NCBI RefSeq assembly: GCF_009914755.1
Contig: NC_060938.1
Strand: one strand, 5' to 3'
DNA length: 64,000 bases
Source: the human T2T-CHM13v2.0 reference genome, Homo sapiens
Below are positions 40,175 to 53,903 of the stretch, piece after piece; within the stretch, counting starts at the first letter, position 1; each line of letters opens with the position of its first letter. The notes under the pieces are model-generated. The model was not told the origin of the DNA. It ran no database searches and saw nothing but the letters and a program-made list of their open reading frames with translations. A program made the translations under genes and the position numbers.

Positions 40175-42405
40175 TCAAAGCCACTGCGAAGAAGCAGTGT
40201 AAGAACAGAGATGCGAGGGTGGTTTCCTAGGATGACAGTGGAGAGTCCGATTTCAGTCTGGAGGAATGAGTGGGAAATTAGGACGTGAAGACAGGAGCTG
40301 AGCCACTGACATGGACAACTCACCAAGAAATCAGACTGAGAAGGAGAGTGAGGGTGATTACTGAAGGAGAACTTGGGGGTCAGTGTGGATGTTTTGGTTT
40401 AATGATTGGAGCCCGTGGAGCCAGCTTAAATGCAGATGAGGAACAGGTGAAGGAAACAGCTTTCAGACACAAGTGAGGGATGGAGATGCCTGACAGAGTG
40501 CAGAGAACAGGATATAAAACAGGTAAAGCAGGGGAAGCCCTTTTGTGAAGCAGAGATACAGAAAGATGGGGCAGTAGCATATGACAACGAGCACTGATTT
40601 CTTACTTACACACCTGTGATAAGACTAGAGTTTGGCCGATCCAGGTTAGGCACAGCTGGGTTTGGCTTCAGGCTATTTAGAACGTCTCATTTCCTGGGAT
40701 TGGCTGAGCAGGATGTCTTTCTCATTGCCATGACAGAAGCCAAGAGGGAAAACCCAACTATGCAAGCACATCTCTATGCAGTGTGTTTGGGCAGTAGCAA
40801 GTAGGTCTGAGTGCCTCATAAATAGGAGTGAAGGCTACAGTGATGGGGAGAGTGTGGGATGGCTGGTGGGGCCGTCTACAGAAGGGCGTTGTACGCCATT
40901 CTCAGGGCTTCGAACTTTATAAGATAGTGGAAGCAACATGAGGCCAGAGGAACATATGGGTTTGGTGTATTCAGCGTTACCTAACATGTATTTAGCCCTC
41001 CAAATAGCAGCCAGATGCCAAACAAATAATGAGAACCTGTTCCATTGACAGCATGCTTCCTCTTTCAGGATACCATGCCCAAACCTGAAAGAGCGATCTT
41101 TTGAGATGACTTTGCAGTTGCCCTTTCCCAGACGATCGTTGGCTTCTCTCTTCTAACCAGCTCCAGGGTATTGAACAGTGACCTCTCCATGCTGAGACAG
41201 GGCTGCATTAACATCTTCAAGGCCCTCTTCACTCCTGCCTGTGGCAGCCAAGGAGTGGTGTGTCCCTGTAGGCCCCCTGCTAACTTAGGCTTGGTCTTCA
41301 ACATGACCTTCAATTTATCCCTGAATTGGAGTAGAGAGGATTTTGCCTTTCTCCATATACCATCTGTAGGAACCTGAGTTAGCCTGGCAGAGAAAAACAC
41401 ATGATCTCTTTGGAATGCTTGATGCCCTTGGAGGCTGGTGATAATGGCAGTCCCCAACGTTGACAGGGTCATCTCTCAACATCACTGTGTGTTCTGGATG
41501 GTATTTGATAACCACCAGGAAAGAGAAGGAGACCTCAGCATCATGATGCTGTTTCTTCCTGGATTGTTCATATGCTCTTGCCTTTCCTTCCATAACTCAG
41601 AGCTAGTGCAGGGGTGGGTGCCTGTGGTTCAGACAGTCCCTCTGTTCCCAGATCCTTTGTGCCCTGGCATTGTGCTTGCAAGATGCGACATTGCTTTCCC
41701 CCATCTCATATGCTGGCCAGAAGCAGGACATCCCAGCATCCCAAAGTTCCATAGGTCCACATGAGAAACACTCCATTTACTACTACTTTTCGGCTACAAT
41801 CTTATTTCTTTGCCTTTGGAGAGTGGCATAAAGCTTCCCACATCGTTCTCTACCTACCCATTCAGAATAAAGTGTGTAATTTTTTGGTAAATTGCGATGT
41901 TTCTAGGGCAGGTCAGTGATCCACACTGAGCTTTCAGACATTCCTCACTAAGCCTGTTGTCCAGCATGCCTTTGCATTGTACTGACATAACCTGTTTGCT
42001 TTCTTGAGATGACTGAGTGTTTCCCTGGTTATTAAGGTGGAGCTTGGCCAGCCCACTCCAGCCTTCTGAATGTGCAGAGCACTTGCTTTCTGTGTCTTAA
42101 GGCATCCTTCCAGGAGCATTAGCCTTGGGTGAGGAGCTAGGGTGTGGCATGTGTTTACGAGTTCATGATCCCATCTTTCTTTCTCATTTGGGAGACCCCT
42201 GCAAGGTGTTGGACCTGACCTCTCTGGGCGTCAGCTTCATCTAGAAAATGTAGGCAATAATATTTCCTCTATAGGATGCTGAGGGGATTCGATGACATAA
42301 TAAATGCAAACTGGCCCATGCTAAGTGCTCATTCAGAATCTATTGCTGTTATTATACCACAAGCCAGGACTAGGCACTGGTTTTCCCCTGACTGTTATTC
42401 CCTTC

Positions 42406-42956
<551 letters not shown>

Positions 42957-43099
42957 CCTTCCTTCCCTTATTCCTGGACAATTTATTTCCCTTCTGGCTC
43001 AAACTCCGTTAGACTCAGCCTGTGGGCCACTGTGTGCTGCCCTCCCTTTCCAGCCAGAGTGGCTGTAGTGACAGCTTGACCACTCCCAGGGTCATGGAT

Positions 43100-43570
43100 C
43101 CAGGTCACTGCTGCTGCTGCCATCACCCCAGCAGACAGAGGAGTCCACTGGCTGCATTGTTCTCTCAGGCGGGGGCGCTGGCCTCCCCAGTGGCTGCACA
43201 GAGACAGGTAATGCAATCCACAGTGCAAAAAGGTAAATCACTTATGGGCCAGACTCTAGCCAATGGAAGACAGGGATGGAAGGCAACTCTTGGTATCATT
43301 TATCTCCCTTTCTCCTCCTGGACAGACTGTGATGCAGTTCACATAGTCTTTCTAATGAACCCCACAAGATTGAGCAATCAGTGGCACCTGTTTCAAAGCT
43401 GAGACCAACTCAGTAACATGCTCCCATATTTATCTCACTGCTTCTCTGCCTCACTTGATTTGCCCCTCACTTCTGCTTCCCTACGATTGTACCCTGCACC
43501 CCAGTAAAGGGTAACCATGTAAACTATTGCCTTTGACACTGCCTTTTAGAGGACTTGGGCCAAGATGCAC
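43100..43570 (+). mobile_element. ERVL-type LTR relic (LTR16-like)
   Basis: CTCTAGCCAATGG, ACCAACTCAGTAAC, AGTAAA...CCAAGA end motifs. Confidence 0.55.
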
Positions 43571-44277
43571 AGATATTTTTTACCTAGCATACCTGGCAGG
43601 TGATCATAAATATGAGACAAAGACATGGGAGGACAATGATGAGCAGAGGATAAGGAGCTCACCATGTCATGGCCAGTCTTTCCACCATGGGTTTGAGCAC
43701 TCTTTTCTCTGTGAGTTGGTTTGCATTCATGTACGTTGGTTTTGGTCTTTCTTCCTGGAACACATGGTGTGAGTCCACTACTCCTCTACTAATAGTACTT
43801 TTCATTTTTTATCCACAACAATGGCCTTCCTCAGTCTTCTCCAAGTTAGACACAGCTAATCTCTTCATTCATTAAAAAGTGGTTTCCAGGCTCACACCTC
43901 CCATTGTTGTCACCTTCCAGGGCCATGGTGTCCAAGATCAATGTTCCTCTTGAAAGGCAGCTTCCAAAAAGAGATCCAATGTTGCAGGTGTAAACTGAAC
44001 AGGACAGAGGCTGCGTGTGCTGTACTTTGGCCCCTCCCTTTGCTGACAACTGCATTAGATTATCCATCAACTCTCACCTGATCCACTGCATTTGAAGCAT
44101 TGTGATCACCTCATTAAATAGCAGAGGGGAGCCAGTTTTCAAAAAAAAATAATATTTATTACATAACACCCTTTCAAAGTTTCCTAATCTAGAAAACTGG
44201 GCAGTACATTGACATCATAGAAAGAAAATTCATGAATTTTGGAGTCCAGTGAAATTGGATTTGAATCTAGGCTCTCA

Positions 44278-45580
44278 CTGGGAAAATTGGATAGCCAAAT
44301 GCAGAAGAATGAAACTGAACCCCATCTCTCCCCATATACAAAATCAACTCAAAGTGGATTAAAGACTTAAACATAAGACCCAAAACTATAGAAATACTAG
44401 AAGAAAACCTTAAAAATAAACTCTCCCAGACATTGATCTAGGCAAATAATTTGTGACTAAGTCTTCAAAAACACAGACAACAGAGACAAAAATAGATAAA
44501 TTGGACTAAACTAAAAAGCTTCTATACAGCAAAGGGAGCAATCAACAGAGCGAAGAGAGAACCTGTTGAATGGGAGAAAATATTTTGCAAACTATTCATC
44601 TGAAAGAAACTAATATCCAGAATATACGAGGAACTCAAACAACTCAACAGGAATAAAAGGTCCTATTAAAAAGTGGGCAAAGGAAATGAATAGATAGTTC
44701 TCAATAGAAGACATACAAATGGCCAACAGGCATGCGAGGTATATTTTTTGAATGCTCAATATTACTAATCCTCAAAGAAATGCAAATCTAAACCACAACG
44801 AGATATCACCTTAACCCCATCAGAATAGCTACTACTAAAAAGACAAAAATTAACAGATATTGGTGAGGATGTGGAGAAAAGGGAACTCTTACACATGGTT
44901 GGTGGGAATGTAAACTAGTACAGCCACTATGGGAGACTGTATGGAGATTTTTCACAAAACTAAAAATAAAATTACCATTTGATTCAGCAATCCCACTACT
45001 GGGCATCTACCCAAAGAAAATGAAATTAATGTATCAAAGGGATACCTGCACTCACATATTTATTGCAGCACTATTCACAATAGCAAAGCAATAGCAAAGA
45101 TATGGAATCAGCAGATGAATGGGTAAAGAAATGTGTTTTATATACACAATGGAATACTATTCTGCCATAAAAATAATGAAATCCTGTCATTTGCAGCAGC
45201 ATGGATGGAGCTGGAGGCCATTATGTTAATTGAAATAAGCCAGGCACAAAAAGACAAGTATTGCATGTTCTCACTTAATATGAGGGAACTAGAAAATTTG
45301 GTCATATGAAGGAAGGAAGTGGAAAAATAGCTAACAGAGACTAGGAAGGATGAATGGGGTGAGCGAGGAGGAAGAAGAGAACTGGGTCAAAGGGTACAAA
45401 CATACAGTAGTAAAACAGAAGGAATAAATTCAATGTTTGATAGCAGAGTAGTGTGACTATACTTAACAAAAATGCATTGTACTTCGACACCCTGAAAACC
45501 CTGACTTGATCATTATGCATTATATACACGGAACAAAATTTCTCATGTGCCCCATAAATTTGTATGAATAGCTAGAAAAC
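44278..45580 (+). mobile_element. 5'-truncated L1MA (ORF2 end and 3' UTR) inserted in a MIR
   Basis: CTGGGAAAATTGGATAGCC...; 3' end CTTGATCATTATGCATT...CCCCATAAAT; MIR halves at ~44190-44277 and ~45585-45720. Confidence 0.88.
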
Positions 45581-46591
45581 AAAGCTTTGTGACCTTAGGC
45601 AAGTGACAATTTCAATGAGCCTGTTTTCTCTTCTTTAAAATAGGAATATTGAAATCTACCCCACAATACTACTGTTAGCATTAAATTAGATAATATAATA
45701 GTGAGTGTTCAATAATTGGTGGACTTGACCATCCCAACTCACTGAGCCTCTGCTTCCTTAAGGGTGGCTTTGAGACACAAAGTGCTCTGGACTGGACATG
45801 AAGAAACTTGGATGCTGGTCCCGATTTTCTTTCTTCACATAGCATGAGGACTATGATTTCTGTTCCACATAGTCTTTAGGGCTAATGTGATATCAAAGAG
45901 ATAGTGCAGATGGAAGTGACTTAAAAAGGGGTAAGGTAAACATAGGGACCTTTATTTTATTTTTGCTTAGCTGATATTTCAAGTGCATTTGCTGTGGGTC
46001 AGGCACTGTGCTAGGCAGAGTGGATACAGTAGTGTAAAAACTAACCACAACCCATCCTCTGCCACATCGTGACTGTAAGGAGGCTAGGGCTAGTGTCTCC
46101 ATTTATTCATGGGGTTGGAGGATGTTTTCAAGCCTTCTTTTTATGGATAGGCCCAGCTAGATTTCAGCTTGGCTTTTCAGGCCAACCAACCTCTAATCTG
46201 AAATAAGTTACCTGCTAGGGCTACTTTCTGGGTTGTGTGGGGTGAAGCCATCAGCAGATGGTAATTCTGTTCTTGCAAAGCACTGAGTTTGCAAGAACTG
46301 TGCAACCTTCTAGTTCAGCAACCTTACCCAAATTCCGGAACTTCCCTGAGCCTCATTGCTACCCTGTAGAATGGGCACATTCCCTATGTGGCAATATACT
46401 TTGGTAATAAACATGACAGTTGATACTCCATCTATTTCATTCCTTCACCATTGTATAATGGTAGAATTACCATCTGAAGAAACAGAGATGCTTCCAGAAG
46501 CTATTTTAAAACAGGAGGGTAATTTTGATACTGTGGATTATAAACAAGAAAACTGGATGAAACTAATTACTGCAGTAAAAAATTCATGATG

Positions 46592-46850
46592 GGGCGGGCG
46601 CAGTGGCTCACGCCTGTAATCCCAGCACTTTGGGAGGCCAAGGCAGGCGAATCACGAGGTTAGGAGTTCAAGACCAGCTTGGCCAACATGGTGAAACCCT
46701 GTCTCTACTAAAAATATAAAAATTAGCTGGGAGTGCTGGCAGATGCCTGTAATCACAGCTACTCAGGAGGCAGAGGTTGCAGTGAGCCAAGATCACGCCA
46801 CTGCACTCCAGCCCGGGTGAGGGTGCGAGATTTTCTAAAAAAAAAAAAAA
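46592..46850 (+). mobile_element. AluS with a short right-arm deletion
   Basis: CTCAGGAGGCAGAGGTTG junction collapses the two GGAGGC copies. Confidence 0.92.
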
Positions 46851-47621
46851 TTATAATGGTTGTTTGAGTTGTTTTCTTTCCAATAGACTGTGGGCTTCTC
46901 TAGGGTAGGGACTTTGATAGGCCTGGCACATAGTAGGCATGCAAGCAGTGCTTACCTTGATGCATAGAAGTTTGTCAGTCAGTGAATAAAGAAAGCAGTA
47001 TTCTAAGCAAAGTGCAATGTTCTGGACCCAAAAAAAATGGCACTGCGTGGTTAGGAAAAATGAGAAGTTAAAAAATGCAAAGGATATAGGCAAGAATTTG
47101 TGGAGCTAAGTTTAGGGCGAATGATACCATCTTGACAGTGAAGAGTCTTTTATGTCATAGTAAAGATTTTTTTTAATTAATAGACTTTATTTTTTTGAAC
47201 AATTTTAGATTTATAGAAAAATTGGTCGGAAAATACAGTTTCCATCCTCTCTTACCCCCTTTCTCTTCCCCGCTAGTTTTCCCCATTAATATCTGGCATT
47301 AGTGTGATACATTAGTTACAATTGATGAATCAATATTGATACACTATTATTAACTAATATCTATAGTTTACATTAGGGTTCACTCTTTGTGTTGTTCAGT
47401 TTTACGGGTTTCGACAAATGCACAGTGTCATATACCCACAAGTGTGAATCACACAAAAACAACTTCACTGCCCTAAAAATCTCCTATTTTCTACCCATTA
47501 ATCCTCCTCCATCTTCCCTGAAACCCTTGGCAACCATGGATCTTTCTACTGTCTATATTTTTGCTTTTTACAGAATGTCATATAGTTGGAATCGTATAGT
47601 ATGTAGCCTTCTCAGAATTAC

Positions 47622-47933
47622 TTTTTCTTTTTTTAAAAAAATATTTTATAGAGACAGAATCTCGCTTTGTCACCCAGGCTGGAGTACAGTGGGATGATCA
47701 TAGCTCACTGCAGCCTTGAACTCCTGGGATCAAGAGATCCCCCCACCTCTGCCTCCTGAGTAGTTTGGACTATAGATGCTGGTTACCATGCCTGGCTAAT
47801 ATTTTTATTTTGTAGAAACAGGGCCTCGCTACATTGCCCAGGATGGTCTCAAACTCCTGGCCTCAAGTAATCTTCCCATTTCATCCTCCCAAAGTACTGG
47901 GATTACAGGTGTGAGTCACACTGTGCTTGGTCC
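47622..47933 (-). mobile_element. AluJ
   Basis: Reverse J-type dimer. Confidence 0.9.
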
Positions 47934-49141
47934 AGACTGGCTTATTTTACTTGGCAATGAGCATGTAAGTCCCCTCTAAGTCTTTTCGTGGCTTGATAGC
48001 TCACTTCTTATTACAGACTAATATTCCATTATATGGATGTACTTGAGTTTGTTTATCCATTTGCTTATTGAAGGATATCTTGGTTGTTTTCAAGTTTTTG
48101 ACAATTGTAAATGTCAGGTTTTTGTGTGCGCATAAATTTTCAACTCATTTGTGTAAAACACCAAAGAGTGTGATTGCTGGGTCATAGGGTAAGACTATGT
48201 TTAGCTTTGTAAGAAACTGCCAAACTGTCTTCAATAGTGGCTATACCATTTTGTATTCCCACCAGCAATAAACGAGAGTTCCTGTTGCTCTATATCCTCA
48301 CCAGGATTTGATGTTGTCAGTGTTTTGGTTTTTATCCATTCTAATAGATATGTAATGGTATCTCACTGTTGTTTTAATTTGCAATTCCCTAATGTTGAGC
48401 ATCTTTTCATGTGCTTATTTGCCATCTCTATATCTTTTTTGTTGAGATATCAGTTCAGATCTTTCACCCATTTTTAAATTGGGTTGTCTGTTTCCTTACC
48501 GTTAAATTTGAAGAGTTCTTTGTGTATTTTGGATACAAGTGCTTTATCAGTTAGGTGTTTTGCAAATATTATCTCCCAGTCTGTAGCTTGTCTCTTCATT
48601 CTCTTAACAGTGTCTTTTGCAGAGCAGAAGTTTTTAATTCTAATAAAGTTCAAATTTTTGATGTTTTCTTTCATGAATCATTTTTTTGTGTGTGTTGTAT
48701 CTAAAAAGTCATCACCCAATCCAATGTTGTCTAGATTTTCTCATATATTATCTCTAGAAGTTTAATAGTTTTGCATTTTACTTTAGGCCGATGATCCATT
48801 TTGAATTAATTTTGCAAAAGGTGTAAGAATTACATCTGGATTCCTTTTCTTTTTCCTTTCTTTGCATGGTCCAGTTGTTCCAGCACCATTTGCTCCAAAG
48901 AATGTCCTTTCTCCACTGAATTGCCATTACTCCTTCGTCAAAAATCAGTTGGCTATACTTGTCTATTTCTGTGGGTCTATTCTATTTCATTGATTTATTT
49001 GTCTATTCTTTCACCAATACTATACTGCCTCGATTACTGTAGTTTTATCATAAGTCTTGAAGCTGGCTAGCATCAGACCTCTGACTTTTTCTTCAATGTT
49101 GTGTTTAGTCTTCTTGGTTTTATTTGCCTTTCAATATAAAC

Positions 49142-49542
49142 TTTTTTTTTTAACTCAAGATTTTATTGTCTTCCTAATCAAACAAAAGATGACACTTAGA
49201 ACTGGATCACTTGGCCCTCACTCTTCTTACCTCCTCCCCATTCAAAACGCTTGCATCTCTTCATAGCCAGCATTCTTTTAGGTCTGCAGATGGGCTCAAT
49301 GCACTCAAGCCTTAGCACAATCTTCTTTGTAGTTTTAGCCTTTTTCCAGAAAATCGGCTTAGTCTGCCCACCACAGCCACTCTCCTTCCTGTCGTAACGC
49401 CGCTTTCCCTGGGCCTACAGAGAATCCTTGCCCTTCTTGTACTGTGTCACTTTGTGGGGTTGGTGCTTGCCTCACTTCTTACAGAAAGTCCAGTGAGTTT
49501 TAGGAACATTCACCATGTTTGCGGGAGTGCTATCGGTAAGGA

Positions 49543-49545
<3 letters not shown>
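49142..49545 (-). pseudogene. RPL36AP1: RPL36A processed pseudogene (probably RPL36AP1)
   Basis: Intronless 321-nt frame 49516-49196, [40 protein letters not shown]...GQVIQF*; stops at codons 15 and 34; 5' UTR, 3' UTR with AATAAA, poly(A); TSD ATATAAACTTT at 49134-49144 and 49571-49581. The P1 number is from recalled map position. Confidence 0.92.
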
Positions 49546-49573
<28 letters not shown>

Positions 49574-50214
49574 TAAACTTTCCAATCAATTTGTTGATAC
49601 TCACAAAATAACTTGCTGGGATTTTGATTAGCACTGCATTAAATCTATGGATCATGTTGGGAAGAACTGACATCTTAATAATATTTAGCCTTCCTATCCA
49701 TGAGCATGGAATGTCTTTCAATTTATTTAGCTCTACATTGATTTCTTTCATAAGTTTTTTAGTTTTCCTAACATAAATGTCATACACATTTGTTAGATGT
49801 ATACCTAAGTATTTTTTTTTGGTATGTTAATGCAAAGATGTTTAACTTTGTATTATAGGTGATAGCAAGTCAAAGACGTTGCTACACAAGAGAATAATAT
49901 TGTACATTTATTTTTGAGAAGATGGTTCCACTAACAGTGTGGAAGTTGGACTAGATCTGGGTAAGATTGGAGGTAGGAAGACCAGTTAAAAGAATTTTTT
50001 TTAATGTGTACAAACAGAAGTAAAGGCTTTAACTGAGGAATTGGCAGATATGGATAATAGTAAGTCTCATTCAAGAAATAAGGCAAATAGTAAGGATTTA
50101 CTATTTAGTAAGGTTCTTTTCCTGAGAAGCCTAGGCAGACAGACATTCCAACAGCCTTGATGACTCTACACTAATCTTCACATCCCCCAAGGGATTGGCA
50201 TTTTAAGGCCAAAA

Positions 50215-50738
50215 TGATAGTGTTAGCTGTCTGCCCAACATCCGCTTCTCCCCTGCCCCTTCTTCCTTTCCAACACAACCCCAACTTTGCTCGAGTGTCT
50301 TCCTTTCACACCTGGCCAAGTATTAGAAGGGAAGCCAACTTCAGGAGTGGCTTGGTTGGTCTAAGAGTGACCCCAGCCTCCTTGACAAGATGGGATCACA
50401 AATGGACATGTGGGCCCTCTGGCCAGTGAGACAAAAGTAGTCTGCTGGAGGAGGTGGAGACATGGGCTAGACCATTTTTCCTCCATCCTAAGAGAAAGCA
50501 ACAGGAAGAAATAGTCTTCTGTCTTGCTCTGCAGCTTGTTCTTTTTGTGACTCCCAGAACTGCTGCAGCCTTATAGCTATGAGTCCAAGGATGGGGCCAA
50601 CAGTGAAGATGGTATAACCCAGAGAAGGCATTGTTGAGCCACTGAATTTTAAAAAAAAAAATCACATTTCTTTATTATTTTAGGCAGTTTGAGGTGAGAT
50701 TTCTGAGATCTATATCTGAAAGCACTCTATTTGTTACA
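50215..50738 (+). mobile_element. Old MaLR LTR relic (MLT1J/K-like)
   Basis: TGGCCAGTGAGAC, GAACTGCTGCAGCC, CATTGTTGAGCCACTGAA motifs. Confidence 0.55.
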
Positions 50739-50961
50739 CCTGCTCTTACTTAGCAACTAAACTCCAGGAATCTTGCCTGCTATCCACCCACTCCTCTGGG
50801 GATTTTAAGTTCTTTCTTGGCATCAGATGAGATCATACCCTGAGAGTAGGACTTTGCCCACTGCTTCACTGCTCTGTTTCCCTTACTAGAGCCTGACACT
50901 TAGTAGGCACTTGATAAATATCAAATGCACCAGTGAATAAATGAAGTACCCCAAAGCTAAA

Positions 50962-51125
50962 TTTTATTTCTTTTTTTATTTTTTAGAGATGAGTTTTGCT
51001 ATGTTCTGGAATACAGCGGCTATTCACAGGCATGATCATAGTGCACTGTAGCCTCAGACTCCTGGGCTCAAGTGATTCTTCCAACTCAGCCTCCCCGGTG
51101 GGACTACAGGCACATACCACCATGG
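50962..51125 (-). mobile_element. Alu monomer (FAM/FLAM-like)
   Basis: GGCTATTCACAGGCATGATCATAG 7SL-like motif; T-tail. Confidence 0.75.
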
Positions 51126-51343
51126 TGGACAAGAACTAAAATTTGATTCACATTTGTGTAGCTACCCTTCACCCCACACTTTGCTTTATCCCATTAAGAT
51201 TTACCATTATTGAGTTGTGATTGATAAATGCCCTTTGCAAATGCCAAAGATTATAGCAAGAAAGAGCAATATCAGAATTGCGTCTGCATTTACTATACAA
51301 CAAGATTGATAGACACACTGTATAATGTTTTCAAAGTTTCCTA

Positions 51344-51740
<397 letters not shown>

Positions 51741-53744
51741 TTAATGCCAGAAGAAAAAACAAAAAATCTCTCTTAGAGAATTGTCCCGCTTCCTTCTAAT
51801 AGGTTGTATGGACTGTCTCATTGGGTATCCTTTCTTGCCCTGGCTGCCAGGAAGCTCAAGGCCTAATCTGATGCTAAATCACAGTAATTCTATTATACTT
51901 CCTAGTCAATGCTTGGTTCTTCCTCCTTTCCATGGCTTTGCTTTTCTAATTTTAGTTGAATGACTTTATTGTGTTTGCCTTTTTGTAAGTTGCTTCAAAT
52001 CCTTTTCAGAAAGAGGTGCATATAAAAAAATTTAACAGCTCAATTCTAAAAAGCCATGGTTGGCACCACTTGCTCTTTGTAATAGCCTGGGAGGGCCCCC
52101 AAAGTAGCCTGGTGCTTTATCTTTACAAACACATGTCAGCCAGAGCAGCGGTGCTCACCGGAGATCTCGGGAGACAAGGGCAAAAATCACCCGTCATTTT
52201 CTACTGAATGGGTGTCTGGAGGACCATTCAGGCTCCTAGTGGCTGGATTTGGTGGGGAGGATTAATGTGGAGAGCCCTTGGAAAATCAGCATTGCTCCTG
52301 CCTGCACCGGCTATTGTTCCAGAGGTGAATGTTCTATTTTGAAGATAGAATCTCTCTCCTGCCTGGCTCCCAACCCTGCAAGCTTTGAATGCAGGGTGCC
52401 GTGCCCTTTCCCCTGACTCTGGGCCACAGGCCTCTCCAGCCAGCCCTCTGTGCCAACTGGCAGAGGGTGCTCTTGTATAGCAGATCTGACTCCCTCCCCA
52501 CGCCTGAGTGCCTGAGGCCTTTCTGCTCCAGCCTGCTGCCTCGACCTGCTGGGGGCCCAGGAACCCTGCAAGCATAGAGAGGGGGAAAACTCCTATTTTT
52601 CCCCAAAACCTGGCCCCATCTGTCCCCAAAATCACTGCTGAGCTGGCCTCATTTACCTTGAGGCTTGTGTGCCCCTCTCTATACCCCAGTTTCCCCCAGA
52701 TTGCACAGAGGCTATATACGTGTTGGAGGACTTGGGAATTTGGCTTGCTTATAGTATATCATACATATGTGTTCACAAGTGGAGAGGAGGAGGCAGAGAG
52801 AGACAGAGAAAAGAATGGGAAAGATACTGCCTTCTTAGAACTCCACGATAGCAGATTTCATGATTTAATTGGAAATTTAGTAAATCTGCTAAAACATTTA
52901 GTGGTTTAAATTTTTCCTGTTCTGCAAAGAAACAAAGGCTTCTGGTTTACTCTGTGTCTTTCAACAACTTTAATTTCATTTGTAGATTATGGATGGAAGT
53001 AGCATTTCCACTCGATTGCATACTGGGCATTAAGAAGACAAAAACCTTCATTGTTTGCAGCCCTCAGAATTTTTTTTTCCAGACATTAAGCTGTAGGTGG
53101 CATTCTTTATACCTGACATCAGAGCACTTTTGTCAGGCGTTTAGTTGACAGGATTTACTGCAAGCCCGTCCTAGGTGTGTGAAGCAGGGAAAACAAGAAA
53201 ATATTTCATTCAGGTGGACAGAGAGGAGTGCAGAGCCCGATCAGGCCGATCGGGTAACCGCTGCTTTTCAAACTGTGTAATTAAAGATCTTTAGAGTTCT
53301 TCGAAGGGAATTAATTAGTAGAGAAAGGCTGTTTTGTTTACAGTCTTTATCATCAACATAATCAAAAGCAAGCCTTGATATTGGTGGCAAATTGGACTGA
53401 ACTCTCCCGAAGCCAAGAAGGCCTCCTGCAGCGCTTTTCTTGTTTTTTGAGGTTAGTTCCATCTGCAGTTAACTTGCTGTTGGGTGTCGGGGACAGAGTG
53501 GGATGCAGTACATTGCAGATGGAGTAGGGGAGGGACACACTCAGTATTGTCAAAACCCCCTCAGCCATGTTCCCATCACTAATTGCCCACCTGTGCGTGG
53601 TGCAGCAGTGGGTTGGGATTAATGTTTAGGTTCAACTGTCTAGATGGCTTGTTCATGAGTGACTATGTTTTCAGGTCTGAACCATGCACCTGGGAAGCCC
53701 TAAAAAGATCATTCGGTAACATGTCACAGTGGATGTCACTGTCC

Positions 53745-53903
53745 CTGCCTGGTGGCATCAGAAATACCTGCACTGCTTCAAAATAAATGCAATTTTTGAG
53801 TCCCACCTAGTCTAGGACCTCCTGGGATAGGGCTCAGGAATCTGTTATTAACTCACTGCCCAGGTGCTTCTGATATGCAGCCAGGTTTGGGAACTACTGA
53901 TCT
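53745..53903. mobile_element. MER5-type hAT DNA transposon relic
   Basis: GCATCAGAA...CTCAGGAATCTG...CCCAGGTGCTTCTGATATGCAGCCAGGTTTGGGAACTACTG. Confidence 0.75.

Larger units (their letters stand above)
47168..49835 (-). mobile_element. Old L1M (L1MC/MB-like) fragment hosting an AluJ and the RPL36A retrocopy
   Basis: Minus-strand ORF2-like peptides (NFCSAKDTVKRMKRQATDWE; DIPCSWIGRLNIIKMSVLP); L1M 3' UTR motifs. Confidence 0.88.

Noticed and set aside
46269-46298. Inverted repeat GTTCTTGCAAA-N8-TTTGCAAGAAC
   Set aside because: Isolated 11-bp arms with no TSD or MITE context; plausibly chance
52228-52909. Cluster of overlapping ORFs (up to 135 aa) in GC-richer DNA
   Set aside because: Expected from stop-codon scarcity; no homology or exon structure recognised
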